A stretch of 64,000 bases of DNA from Syntrophobacteraceae bacterium. Lineage in GTDB: Bacteria; Desulfobacterota; Syntrophobacteria; Syntrophobacterales; Syntrophobacteraceae. The notes under the pieces are model-generated. The model searched no databases, was not told where the DNA came from, and worked only from the letters and a program-made list of their open reading frames with translations. The stretch spans positions 3,668 through 67,667 of the forward strand of contig JALOPI010000014.1 of the NCBI GenBank assembly GCA_025453975.1. The letters run 5' to 3'. The translations under genes and the position numbers were made by a program. This document shows, one piece after another, positions 28,169-38,053 of the stretch (position 1 is the first letter of the stretch; each line of letters begins with the position of its first letter).

Positions 28169-30763
28169 CTAGGCCACTCGCTGAAACGTGTAGTTCCCCT
28201 TGAAGAACTCTTCCACATACCACTCGATGCGCCCGGCGTCCGAGAGCACCATGTCCAGAAGGCGCACCGCGCCGAGCAGTCGCCCGATCATGTCGAGCTT
28301 GGCCTCCATGAGGGGGCTGTCGTACTTCTTGATCTCGCCGCGAACCATGTCGCCCTTGATCTCGGTCTTGAGCTCCAGCCGCTTCAGGATCTGGGCGATG
28401 AGGGTGGCCCGCCTCGACCGCCGTCCGATGTCCGCCGCCCCGCCCTTGAACGAGAAGGTGATGTAATTGTCGTTCACCTGGGGGCCGCAATAAGCGTCCA
28501 CCACCGCAAAGTGATAGCCCAGACGTGAATTGAAGTTCAGATACTCACTGGAAACCACCACGTAGTTGGGCCCCCCCATGCGATCATCCATGGTCGGGTC
28601 GCTGAAGATGGACTCCGTCAGGATGGAGGCGAACCCTTTCCAGTCGACGCCGACGGCTCCGAGCCACTGGACCCCCGGATGGGTCATGCCGCGCAGGAGG
28701 GCCTGGAAGGGAACGGACAGCACGTCCTCGGCCCGGGCTTCGCGGGCATCGGGGGGAATCCTCAGCCCCCCCCCCAGGTCCACGGCGAAGATCTTCATGG
28801 GCAGTGGGACCTTGACGCGCACCGCGAAGCGCTCGCTCACCTCAATGTCGTCGCTGATGCTGAACATTTCCCGCATGGACATCTCATGGGCGAAGCGGAT
28901 CACGTCGTGCATCGTCTCGCAGCCCTCGGGGGCGAAGTTTTCGCTCTTGGGATCCACCAGGTTGAGAACGGCGATGCGCTTGAGAACCGAGTGGGCCTTC
29001 TTGTAGGCCGGGCTTCCCTTCATGGGATTGACCGGCTTCTTGCGCTCCAGGATCGATTCGACCCGCCCCTGGAAAACCACCCCGTTGGTGGCGTCCAGGG
29101 TGATCTCCTCGCCGTGGGGAATAACCCGCGTGGCGTTTCCCGTTCCCACCAGGGTCGGGATGGAGAACTCCCGGGCCACCGAGGCCATGTGCCCCGTCAC
29201 GCTGCCCACATCCGTCACGATGGCCTGAACCCTGCCCAGGATGGCCACGTAGCGGGGAGAGGTCTGGGGCGCGATGAGGATGGACCCCTCGGGAATGTTC
29301 AGGAGATTGTGATCGGAGGTCAGGACATAGGCGAGTCCGCTGGCCTTGCCCCGGGAGGCGGTCATGCCGCTCTTGAGCAGGATCGGATGACCGGGAAAAT
29401 CGGCCTGCAGGGCATCACGATCCTTGGCGGGCTCCCCTTCGTCCTTTCGGACCGACAGAAAGTCCAGGCTGAGGGGCCGGGCCTGGAGCAGCACCAGGCG
29501 CCCCCGCATGTTCATGGCCCACTCGATGTCCAGCGGGACCCGGTAGTGCTCCTCGAGGGCCAGTCCATATTCCACCAGCTGGGCCAGGTTTTCACGGCTG
29601 AGACAGGCCTGGTCCCGCATGTCCTCGGGCACGGGCACCTCCACCAGGGCCTTGCGCTCATCCAGCGCGATCCGGGTGGGCTTGTGGGCCGTGCTGAGTA
29701 CCGTCGGGGTACGCCCTTCCTTTTCCACCTCGTAATAGTCCGCGGCGGCGGAGCCGCTCACGGCCCCCACCCCCAGACCCCACACCGCGTTCACCATCAC
29801 CACGTCCCGTCGGTTATCGTTGGGATCCCGGGTGTACATGACGCCCGCGGCCCGGGAGTCCACCATCTCGATGCAAAGAGCACTCATGATGACGTGATCG
29901 TCGGGATAGCCCTTGCTCCGCCGATAGTAAATGGCGCGCGGATTGAACGTGCTCGCCACCACGCGCTTGTAAGCCTCCACCACCCGCTCCCGCGTCACTC
30001 CCAGGAACGAAGAGTGCTGGCCCGCGAAGCTGGCTTCGGAGTCCTCGCTGGTGGCGCTGCTCCGCATGGCCATCTGGACCTCCGGACCCCGCTCCTTGAC
30101 GATCTGATCCATCTGCTCCATGAGGCTGGCCTCCAGGTCGGGAGGCAGCGGCGCATACAGGATGAGGGAGTGAATATCCCGGCTGCTGTTGAGGAGCTTC
30201 TCCGTGTCGTCGATGTCCAGCCCCTTGAGGATCTCCTCGGCCTTGTCATAAAGGCGGTTGAATTCCAGGAAATGATGACAGGCGTAAGCCGAAACCGCGA
30301 ATCCGCGGGGCACGGGAAGATGGACCCGGTTGGTGATCTCTCCCAGACTGGCCGCCTTGCCGCCCACTTCCGAGGCGCGCTCGAGGCTCAGATGCTGGAG
30401 AGGAATGGTCAGGAAGGTCTTGTCGACCCTTCGCTTGCGGACCAGCTCCTGAAGAATCTCCACGCCGATCCGCTCCACCGCGTCGAAGAGCCCTTCATAG
30501 CGCCCTCCGGAGAGAGCATTGAGATCCTCGGCGATATCATACACCCGCGAGACCAGCTTTTCGGACTGCCGCGTGATGTACTCCAGGCTGAAAGGCTTGG
30601 GACCGTAGCAGACCTGCTCGAGATCCGTCATGATCTCCAGAGCCCGGTTGTTGCCCGCCAGGAGATTCTGGAAGTGACGATACTTGTTCTGAAAAGCGGT
30701 CTTCTCCGGTGAATCGCTTTCGAACACCCGGCTTCGGCGAAACATGTCCAGGAACTTCAACAT
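28169..30763 (-). CDS. PEP-utilising enzyme family protein (PpsA-like dikinase N-terminal and swivel domains, atypical C-terminal domain)
   Basis: 864 aa. GGKAASLGEITNRV...PVPRGFAVSAYACHHF is the PPDK_N ATP-grasp. GMTASRGKASGLAYVL...AIVTDVGSVTGHMASVAREFSIPTLVG is the phosphohistidine swivel domain. In the last ~300 aa I do not see the canonical PEP/pyruvate TIM-barrel motifs. Confidence 0.8.
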   Translation of the reverse strand: MLKFLDMFRRSRVFESDSPEKTAFQNKYRHFQNLLAGNNRALEIMTDLEQVCYGPKPFSLEYITRQSEKLVSRVYDIAEDLNALSGGRYEGLFDAVERIGVEILQELVRKRRVDKTFLTIPLQHLSLERASEVGGKAASLGEITNRVHLPVPRGFAVSAYACHHFLEFNRLYDKAEEILKGLDIDDTEKLLNSSRDIHSLILYAPLPPDLEASLMEQMDQIVKERGPEVQMAMRSSATSEDSEASFAGQHSSFLGVTRERVVEAYKRVVASTFNPRAIYYRRSKGYPDDHVIMSALCIEMVDSRAAGVMYTRDPNDNRRDVVMVNAVWGLGVGAVSGSAAADYYEVEKEGRTPTVLSTAHKPTRIALDERKALVEVPVPEDMRDQACLSRENLAQLVEYGLALEEHYRVPLDIEWAMNMRGRLVLLQARPLSLDFLSVRKDEGEPAKDRDALQADFPGHPILLKSGMTASRGKASGLAYVLTSDHNLLNIPEGSILIAPQTSPRYVAILGRVQAIVTDVGSVTGHMASVAREFSIPTLVGTGNATRVIPHGEEITLDATNGVVFQGRVESILERKKPVNPMKGSPAYKKAHSVLKRIAVLNLVDPKSENFAPEGCETMHDVIRFAHEMSMREMFSISDDIEVSERFAVRVKVPLPMKIFAVDLGGGLRIPPDAREARAEDVLSVPFQALLRGMTHPGVQWLGAVGVDWKGFASILTESIFSDPTMDDRMGGPNYVVVSSEYLNFNSRLGYHFAVVDAYCGPQVNDNYITFSFKGGAADIGRRSRRATLIAQILKRLELKTEIKGDMVRGEIKKYDSPLMEAKLDMIGRLLGAVRLLDMVLSDAGRIEWYVEEFFKGNYTFQRVA

Positions 30764-30779
30764 GAACGTCCTCCCTGCC

Positions 30780-31634
30780 TCATCGGCCCAAGACGAAGAA
30801 ATAGAGAATCAGCCCGGAAAAGGCACCCCACCCCAGGGCAACAGCCGTTCCCGCCACGGAGAGCCACCCGAGAATGACGTGAGCCATGGTTTCGGAGCTT
30901 TTTTCCCGATACCCCAGAAGGAATCCCAGGGCGACACCCCCCAGGAGCCCTCCTCCATGCCCCCAGTTGTTGATGCCCGGCATCAGAAAGCCAAAGGCGA
31001 AAATCCCGATGACCCAGCCGCCGATCTGGCGGTAAATGGCCTCCCCGTAGGCACCCCCGCGGCTCTTGCCATAATAAAGGGCGGACCCGATGAGGCTGCA
31101 GACAGCCGCCGAAGCCCCAACGGTGAAGGGAATGCCGGCCAGGTAGGACACGTAAAAGCCCAGGGCTCCTCCCAGGGTGTAGATGGCGGCCATGCGCGAG
31201 AGCCCGTATTCGTGGTAAACGAGAGGAGCAATCTGCTTCAGCGCCATCATGTTGAAGAGGATGTGCAGCAGACTCCCATGAAGGTAGCTGGCCGTGATGA
31301 GCGTCCACCAGCGCCCCATCTGCCCGACGGGGATGGCACCCGTCTCCCCCAGGAGCAGCAGGCTCCGGTGGTCGGGAGACAGCATCCCGAAGGGATTCAT
31401 GGAAAGTGAGGCCCGTGACGGGTGCAGCAGCAGGGACAGGATGAACATCGCCGCATTGACGATGATGATGGCCCGAACCATCGCCTCGGCGTCCGAGAAC
31501 ACCCGCCCCAGGGAGCGGGTCCAGCTCAGCGAAGCCGGGCGCGCCATCCCGCAATGGGGGCAGCTCGGCTCGTCCACGCTGACCAGCCGTCGGCAGTTGG
31601 GGCAAAGGATCGACCTCCGCTCATGATCCGGCAT
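30780..31634 (-). CDS. rhomboid-family intramembrane serine protease with N-terminal zinc ribbon
   Basis: ATG 31634 is preceded by GGAGAG. CPNCRRL...CPHCG is the ribbon. LHGSLLHILFNMMAL and GASAAVCSLIG (GxSxxxF-type catalytic Ser) plus a later H in a TM helix fit a rhomboid. Confidence 0.8.
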   Translation of the reverse strand: MPDHERRSILCPNCRRLVSVDEPSCPHCGMARPASLSWTRSLGRVFSDAEAMVRAIIIVNAAMFILSLLLHPSRASLSMNPFGMLSPDHRSLLLLGETGAIPVGQMGRWWTLITASYLHGSLLHILFNMMALKQIAPLVYHEYGLSRMAAIYTLGGALGFYVSYLAGIPFTVGASAAVCSLIGSALYYGKSRGGAYGEAIYRQIGGWVIGIFAFGFLMPGINNWGHGGGLLGGVALGFLLGYREKSSETMAHVILGWLSVAGTAVALGWGAFSGLILYFFVLGR

Positions 31635-31864
31635 ACCACTCTCCGACCAGCCCGAGGAGAAGACATTCCGATGCCCCTGGCTGGCATCCATCTGTGGATG
31701 GGGTAAAATGATCTCGAGGAACATAGTCACTGGCGCCCCGAAGGCATCCAAGGCCGGCACCGGTCCGGGCTCACCCGTCCGGCACCCCGCCTCGCGCTCA
31801 TCGATGGACGCCTCCGTTCATCTGAACCTTAATGCAATGCCCGCCCCATCTCAAGGATGCAAGC

Positions 31865-33367
31865 ATGAAGATTGTCCAGCAAACCGACCACGGAAGCCCG
31901 CGCCATCTCGAGCAATCCCTTCTCGAGCTCAACACCCGGATCACCACCAGGGCGCTCAGGGGAACCCTCGGACAGAGCTTCCAGAGCGGTGAAGGAGACG
32001 TCTACGGGGGATTCGAGCCCCTGCTCGACCCAGCCACCCTTGGCAGCCTGACCCACCTGAATGCGGCGCCCGGGAAAAACAAGCGCGTGTATCACACCTT
32101 GCTGTCCCACACCCTGCAGCATCAGGCCATGCCTTACGAAAACGAGCTCTCCCAGTGGGCGGGAGGAGCATCCGCCAGCGTTCACGGCGAAAAGATCTAC
32201 CTGAGGGAGATCCACACCTGGTGTCAGAAGCAGAGCGACGTCCCCCGGAGGCTGATCATGGAAAAGGAGACCAGCAGCCTCTCCAAGTTCCTGAAGCCCT
32301 TCGCCCTGGCCCCGTGGGACGCCGTCCGGGACATCCTGGAGGACGGGCTCGGTTATTCCGACTACGTGGCCTACTGCGCCGACAAGAAAGGCCTGGATTA
32401 CGGTCGATACGCCCGGTGGATCGAAGCGCTCCTGGATGAGACCGCGGAGCTCTATTTCCGCGCCATGGACTCCTGGGCTCGCTCCACCCTCGGGCAGCCC
32501 CTCGCGGATTCCAACCGTTTCGATGCCATCTATCTCGTGGGACTGGGCGAGCTCGATCCCCTGTTCCCGGCCCATATCCCGGTGACGGAGCTGCTGAGCT
32601 TCTTCCAGCACTGGTCCATCGACGTGCCCGCCCTTCCCGGACTGCATCTTCACCTCGAGCCCTCGCGGCGAAAAAGTCACCAGGGCATCACCTTCGCCCT
32701 GCGCATTCCCCAGGAGGTGCACGTGGTCATGAACCCATCGGGGGGCTGGATCGATCTCGAGACGCTCTTCCACGAAATGGGGCATGCCCTGGGCATCATC
32801 CACACGCGTGCCGACCTGCCCCCGGCGCTGAAGGATTTCAACGCATCGTCCACCGTGTCCGAAGCTTATGCTTTCCTCCTCCAGAACATGTGCTTCTCAC
32901 CGCCCTTCCTGGAACGGGTGCTGGGGCTGAATCCCAGGCAGATCGACACCCTGACCCACTACAAGGCCCTCAAGGACATGGCCTTCTTCCGCCGCTACGG
33001 TGCAAAATTCCTGAGCGAATTGCAAATGTTTCAGTCGGGGGATCTCTCCAACGGTCAGATTTACGCCGACCTTCTCAAGCGATACACGGGGTTCTCCTAC
33101 AAGCCGGAGACACATCTCTTCGACCTCGCCCCCGAGCTTTATGCCCTGGACTACGTCATCTCCTGGACCGCGGAGGCCAACCTCCAGCGTCATCTCGGCA
33201 CCTCCCTGGGAGACGCATGGATGTTCAGGCCCGAGGCGGGTGACATTTTGAAGGAATGGTGGAGCCAGGGCAACCAGTTCGAAATCGACGAGCTCTTCGA
33301 GGTCAACGGGCTGGGCACCGTCCACGCGGACGATCTCGCGGCCCGCTGGCAGCACTGCATTCATTAG
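31865..33367 (+). CDS. zinc metallopeptidase, HExxH (oligoendopeptidase F / M3-like)
   Basis: Contains LETLFHEMGHALG (HExxH) in a ~500-aa mostly helical protein. ATG 31865 is chosen; ATG 31832 is also in frame. Confidence 0.65.
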   Translation: MKIVQQTDHGSPRHLEQSLLELNTRITTRALRGTLGQSFQSGEGDVYGGFEPLLDPATLGSLTHLNAAPGKNKRVYHTLLSHTLQHQAMPYENELSQWAGGASASVHGEKIYLREIHTWCQKQSDVPRRLIMEKETSSLSKFLKPFALAPWDAVRDILEDGLGYSDYVAYCADKKGLDYGRYARWIEALLDETAELYFRAMDSWARSTLGQPLADSNRFDAIYLVGLGELDPLFPAHIPVTELLSFFQHWSIDVPALPGLHLHLEPSRRKSHQGITFALRIPQEVHVVMNPSGGWIDLETLFHEMGHALGIIHTRADLPPALKDFNASSTVSEAYAFLLQNMCFSPPFLERVLGLNPRQIDTLTHYKALKDMAFFRRYGAKFLSELQMFQSGDLSNGQIYADLLKRYTGFSYKPETHLFDLAPELYALDYVISWTAEANLQRHLGTSLGDAWMFRPEAGDILKEWWSQGNQFEIDELFEVNGLGTVHADDLAARWQHCIH

Positions 33368-33466
33368 ATCGATCCACGCGACGAGGCTCTCCGTCCCCCC
33401 CCCCCGACCCTTCGATTCAGCCGCTGAAACGTCACCCGGGCGCGGCCCCGGTCGAAGGGAGCGTGA

Positions 33467-34576
33467 TCAGCGCAGCTTGAGGGTGGCGAGGGCTAGGAGG
33501 GCGAGGATCCCCGACAGGATCCAGAGGCGGATCACCACCTTGGTCTCGGCGATCCCCTTGTACTGCAGGTCGTGGTGCAGGGGGGCCCGGAAAAAGATGC
33601 GTCGCCCCAGCCACTGGACCCCGATCTTGTCCTGGATCTGACTGGTGAGGGCTTCGATGATGAAAAGGCCCCCGAGAAGTGGAAAAAGCATCTCCTGCTT
33701 AAGCAGCACCGAAACCACGGCCATGGTCCCTCCAATGGCCAGGGAGCCGGTGTCGCCCATGAAGATCTGGGCGGGATAGGCATTGTACCAGAGGAACCCG
33801 AGCCCCGCCCCCACGAAAGCCGCCCCGAATATGGTCAGCTCCCCGGCATTCCTCAGGAAGGGATAATACAGGTAACTCGAGTAGATGCGGTTCCCCTCGA
33901 CATAGGCGAATATCCCCAGGACCGCCATGACGAACAGGGACGGCGTGATGGCCAGACCGTCCAGTCCGTCGGTGATGTTCACGGCATTGGAGACGAAGAT
34001 CACGAACAGGAAGATGAACGCTCCATAGAAATATGGCCCCAGATCCGCCAGCGGATGCTTGTAGAAAGGCACATAGAGCTTGCTCGCCAGCTCGCTCCCC
34101 AGGGGAGCCCAGGGACCCACGCACAACCAGGCGAAAACCAGCGCGAAAAGGCTTTGCAGGATCAGCTTGGTCCGCTCCGAAAGGCCCCTGTCGCCACTTT
34201 GCCGCCTGACCTTGGAGAGGTCATCCCAGAACCCCAGTCCGCCGAACCAGAGCATGCCGGCCATGGACGCCGCCAGGAACGGGTTGTGCCAGTTGCCCCA
34301 GATGGCCATGGAGCTCAAAACCGCCCCGATGATCAGAACACCCCCCATGGTGGGGGTGCCGCTTTTGTCAAAAGCCGACCGGATGCCCGTGTCCCTCACC
34401 TGATCCAGGAGGCAGCGCCGGTGCATGTAAAGGATGAAAGGCTTGCTGAAGAGAAAGATGAAGGTGACCGCCGTGAGGGCCGCCATGATGGCCCTGAAGG
34501 TGATGTAGTTCACCAGCCGGCAGAACGAGAAATAGTCCGATGTGGCCATGAGCAGATTGCAGGCTTCGTAGATCAT
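33467..34576 (-). CDS. mraY: phospho-N-acetylmuramoyl-pentapeptide transferase
   Basis: KSGTPTMGGVLII, FWDDL, NAVNITDGLDGLA, MGDTGSLAIGG and FRAPLHHDL match MraY signatures. ATG 34576 lies 1 nt after the upstream gene's stop. Confidence 0.9.
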   Translation of the reverse strand: MIYEACNLLMATSDYFSFCRLVNYITFRAIMAALTAVTFIFLFSKPFILYMHRRCLLDQVRDTGIRSAFDKSGTPTMGGVLIIGAVLSSMAIWGNWHNPFLAASMAGMLWFGGLGFWDDLSKVRRQSGDRGLSERTKLILQSLFALVFAWLCVGPWAPLGSELASKLYVPFYKHPLADLGPYFYGAFIFLFVIFVSNAVNITDGLDGLAITPSLFVMAVLGIFAYVEGNRIYSSYLYYPFLRNAGELTIFGAAFVGAGLGFLWYNAYPAQIFMGDTGSLAIGGTMAVVSVLLKQEMLFPLLGGLFIIEALTSQIQDKIGVQWLGRRIFFRAPLHHDLQYKGIAETKVVIRLWILSGILALLALATLKLR

Positions 34577-34577
34577 T

Positions 34578-36752
34578 TCAGGGCTTCCTTGCGGCGGCCG
34601 CATCGGCCGTCCGGGGAGCTTCCTCACGGAGTGGCCTCCCCTCTTTCAGGCGGTCGCGGCAGGAGCCTTGGACCACCTTGTACGATTCCTTGATGGAAAA
34701 ATGGGGGCGGAAATCAGTGGCCGTGAGGATGAAGCTCCCGATTTCGGAGGTCAGGCCGTCGGTGGGGGGTACGATACCGCGCTGCAGGAGCCGATGGATG
34801 CCCCTCAGTCCGGCATCCCTCACCTGCCAGTAATGGTTTTCGCGCAGGCGCAGGAGGGTCTCCAGGGATCGGTGGTCCATTCCCACCTCCCCGATGGCCC
34901 TGGCCGCCTCGACGGCCACTTCGAAGCAATCGTCCCCCAAAGCCCGCAGGACCGCCTGAAACACGACCTCCGGCTGATGAAGGCTCGATCCGTAAAAAGC
35001 GAGGGCCCGGCACACCTGGGAGCGCACCTCAAAGTAGGGATCCTCGGCGGCGATGAGCAGATGTTCCTCAATCTCGGCATCATGGCGCTTCATCACCTGC
35101 AGGGCCTGAACGATGTTGCGGCGGATGAACCCGACCTGCCTGAAGTCGCCCCCGAACAGCCGCCGTGCCCAGTGGGCCGGCGTTCGATCCACCAGCATGT
35201 GCAGGAGAGCGGGCGTCTTTTCGTGGTACCAGGTGTAGCCGATGAGCTTGACGCCCATATTACGATCCTGCCAGGCTTCATGAGTCAGCAGACCGGCCGC
35301 CCGGTGCCGGTAGTACACCAGGTCGTCCTCGTCATGAACCACGCTCAGGGGATTGTAGCCGGAAGGGTCCCTGGCGTAAGCCGCCGAAAGAGCCTGAAGC
35401 AGCCCATGGTTGGTCAGGAGGGGCCTGAAGGGCAGTCCCTGGGCCCCGATACCGTTGTTGTAACTGTTGTCCTGGAAAAGCTCCGAGAGGATCCGATCGC
35501 TGGCTCGTCGACGCAGGAACTGCCGGCTCCGGCTCCTCATCTCCTCGAGGCGTCCAGGGTCCTTCATGAGTCGCAGAATCCGGTCGGCAAGCACTTCGCC
35601 CTGCAGGGCTTCGAGAACCTGTCCGTCCTCGACCACCGTATCCTCGAAAATCACTTCCGCCGCCCCTCCGTGCTTCATGGCCCGCGCGTTCATGACCTGG
35701 TGGTCGCCCGGCAGGTTCGCCTTGGGGATGAGGAGGGCCGGCTTGCCGAGACTCGAAATCTCGTTCAAGCTCCCCGCGCCGCTGCGGCAGACGATGAGGT
35801 CGCTTGCGGCATAAACGTCGGCGATGTTGTGAAAATAGTCCTGTCGGTAATAAAAGCCTTCGAGCAGCGCCTGCTGGTCGGAATCGAGCACCGTCCGCAG
35901 CCGGGCTTCCGTGTCGGCCGCGGGGTCGTACCTGTCGGATTGCGCGAGACCCGTACCGTGAACGATGAACAAACGATCCCGGTAAGGCAGAAGGTGAGGC
36001 AGGGCGTCCACCACGGCGCGGTTGACGGTCCGGGCGCCCTGGGATCCTCCGAAGGCGAAAACCACCCACCGGCCCTGGGGAATGGCGAAGGACAGGTTGG
36101 CGAGAGCCTCCTCCCGCGACTTCTCCACAATGGAATGGCGGATAGGATAGCCGACGACGCTCCCGTTCCGGGGAAAGAAGGAGAGCGTCTGAGGAAAGGT
36201 GAGGAGGACCCGGTCGACCCACCTCCCCAGGAGGCCGTTCATCTGACCGGGAATGCTGTTCTGCTCATGGAGAAACACGCGAGTGTGGGCGATCCTCATG
36301 GCCCGCAGCACCAGGACGGCGATGATCACCGGGGCGCTGACATAACCTCCGGTGGCCACCACCCAGCGCGGGCAGAACCAGAGAAGCAGAACGGCCGACT
36401 GCGCCACCCCAGCGCTCAGCCTGACCAGGAAACGCAGGGTGCCGAGGGAAGGCCTAAGGCCGGGAAAACCCGTGGAGGAGACAAAATGAAGCGGATACCC
36501 AGCCCGGCGGACGATGACCGCCTCGGCCTTGCCCCGGACACCGAGATAGCAGAATTTAGCCCCGGGCTCGCGCCGGCGGATGCTCTCGGCAATGGCCAGG
36601 GCGGGGTTCACATGGCCTCCCGTGCCTCCGCCTGACAGCATGACCCGGCATTCCCGCGTCGAAAGACCGCGCCACCTACTCTTGAGAATGAGCAGCCCCG
36701 CAGCCAGGATCGAGGCGAGGATCGCGGACAGGATGAAAGCGTTGTTGAGCAA
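34578..36752 (-). CDS. murG: MurG-type (GT28) glycosyltransferase with N-terminal TM segment and ~330-aa C-terminal HEAT-repeat extension
   Basis: GGTGGHVNPALAIAE, FGGSQGAR and DLIVCRSGAGSLNEISSLGKPALLIP are MurG motifs. TTG start at 36752 has an in-frame TGA two codons upstream. Residues 5-23 are hydrophobic (AFILSAILASILAAGLLIL). Residues ~400-724 are helical repeats. Confidence 0.8.
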   Translation of the reverse strand: MLNNAFILSAILASILAAGLLILKSRWRGLSTRECRVMLSGGGTGGHVNPALAIAESIRRREPGAKFCYLGVRGKAEAVIVRRAGYPLHFVSSTGFPGLRPSLGTLRFLVRLSAGVAQSAVLLLWFCPRWVVATGGYVSAPVIIAVLVLRAMRIAHTRVFLHEQNSIPGQMNGLLGRWVDRVLLTFPQTLSFFPRNGSVVGYPIRHSIVEKSREEALANLSFAIPQGRWVVFAFGGSQGARTVNRAVVDALPHLLPYRDRLFIVHGTGLAQSDRYDPAADTEARLRTVLDSDQQALLEGFYYRQDYFHNIADVYAASDLIVCRSGAGSLNEISSLGKPALLIPKANLPGDHQVMNARAMKHGGAAEVIFEDTVVEDGQVLEALQGEVLADRILRLMKDPGRLEEMRSRSRQFLRRRASDRILSELFQDNSYNNGIGAQGLPFRPLLTNHGLLQALSAAYARDPSGYNPLSVVHDEDDLVYYRHRAAGLLTHEAWQDRNMGVKLIGYTWYHEKTPALLHMLVDRTPAHWARRLFGGDFRQVGFIRRNIVQALQVMKRHDAEIEEHLLIAAEDPYFEVRSQVCRALAFYGSSLHQPEVVFQAVLRALGDDCFEVAVEAARAIGEVGMDHRSLETLLRLRENHYWQVRDAGLRGIHRLLQRGIVPPTDGLTSEIGSFILTATDFRPHFSIKESYKVVQGSCRDRLKEGRPLREEAPRTADAAAARKP

Positions 36753-36859
36753 GGGTCACATCCCCCATTGGCAGAGGTCAAATCCCGGCGGGGCATCGAG
36801 CGGGATCTCACGGGTCGCAGGCTACACGCCTGGGAGACACGGCCATCAGGGCTCGAGGC

Positions 36860-37510
36860 TCAACCACCCAGGGCACGCAGGACGCGCTCCCACGGGATGG
36901 CTCCCTCCCGCACCAGGCGCGGCGGCTCCACCGTTGGATCCACGATGGTCGATGGCTGCCGTCCCTCGAGGTCCCCGCCGGAGAGGACCGCATCCACTCC
37001 GGTGAGGAGCAGCGCGTCGATTTCGTCAAGTCTTCGGCAGGCCGGCTCCCCCGACAGGTTGGCGCTGGTGGAGATGATGAGACCGCCCAGGGCCTCGGCC
37101 AGCACGCGAGCCAAGGGATGGGGCGAAACCCTCACGGCCAGCCTCCCCGTACCCGCGTGGAGCCGCGGAGGCACGGACGACGAGGCCGGAAGGAGCAGGC
37201 TGAGGGGGCCCGGCCAGAAAGTCCCGGCCAGCGCTTCGGCGGATGCCGGCCATTGGGATACCACGCTCCTGACAGCCGAGCGATCCGATGCGATGAGCGG
37301 GAGCGGCTTGGAAAAGTCCCTTCCCTTGAGGACGAAGACGCGGTCCACGACCGAAGCGCTGCGCGGATCTCCCCCCAGGGCGTAGAACGTCTCCGTGGGG
37401 TAAATGACAACCCCGCCTCCCCTCAGGGCGGCCACGGCTTCACTCAGCTCGGAATCTCCTGATGAGACAGCCTCCACCGGAACGATTTCCTGGATCCTGT
37501 GCGCGGGCAC
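36860..37510 (-). CDS. tsaC: L-threonylcarbamoyladenylate synthase (YrdC/TsaC family)
   Basis: VVIYPTETFYALGGDP, KGRDFSKPLPLI and ISTSANLSGEP are YrdC-domain motifs. GTG 37510 is preceded by GAGGAG. Confidence 0.85.
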   Translation of the reverse strand: MPAHRIQEIVPVEAVSSGDSELSEAVAALRGGGVVIYPTETFYALGGDPRSASVVDRVFVLKGRDFSKPLPLIASDRSAVRSVVSQWPASAEALAGTFWPGPLSLLLPASSSVPPRLHAGTGRLAVRVSPHPLARVLAEALGGLIISTSANLSGEPACRRLDEIDALLLTGVDAVLSGGDLEGRQPSTIVDPTVEPPRLVREGAIPWERVLRALGG

Positions 37511-37519
37511 CCGGGCTCC

Positions 37520-38053
37520 TCAGCGCGCCCCTCTCGAGGCCAGATACTCCTGAAGCTTCCGGTTTTTGGACGTGACGACTTCCTCGGCCATTCTGGCCTT
37601 GCCGGCCCTGAGCCTTTCGGCCAGGCCCGGGTCCTGGAGGGCCAGGATCTGCACGGCGAAGATGGCGGCGTTGCGGGCGCCCCCCTTTCCGATGGCCATG
37701 GTGGCCACGGGGATGCCCGGCGGCATCTGCACCGTCGAAAGGAGCGCATCCATGCCGTTGAGGGGCGAGGAGTCGATGGGGACCCCGATGACAGGCAGGG
37801 TGGTCTGGGACGCCACCACTCCGGCCAGGTGGGCAGCCCAGCCAGCCCCGGCAATGAGGACCCGGATGCCACGCCCGGCGGCTTCGGCGGCAAAGCGGCA
37901 TGTCTCCTCCGGGGATCGGTGGGCCGAAAGGATTTTCGCCTCGTAGGGCACCCCGTGGGCGTCCAGAACCGAAAACGCCTCCTCCATCACCGGAAGGTCC
38001 GAGTCACTGCCCATCAGTATGCCCACACGCGGCTCTCCTGCACCTGTCGTCAT
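37520..38053 (-). CDS. purE: N5-carboxyaminoimidazole ribonucleotide mutase
   Basis: [35 protein letters not shown] and PVIGVP are PurE motifs. ATG 38053 has an AAGGAAG SD. ATG 38068 is an in-frame alternative without an SD. Confidence 0.9.
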   Translation of the reverse strand: MTTGAGEPRVGILMGSDSDLPVMEEAFSVLDAHGVPYEAKILSAHRSPEETCRFAAEAAGRGIRVLIAGAGWAAHLAGVVASQTTLPVIGVPIDSSPLNGMDALLSTVQMPPGIPVATMAIGKGGARNAAIFAVQILALQDPGLAERLRAGKARMAEEVVTSKNRKLQEYLASRGAR

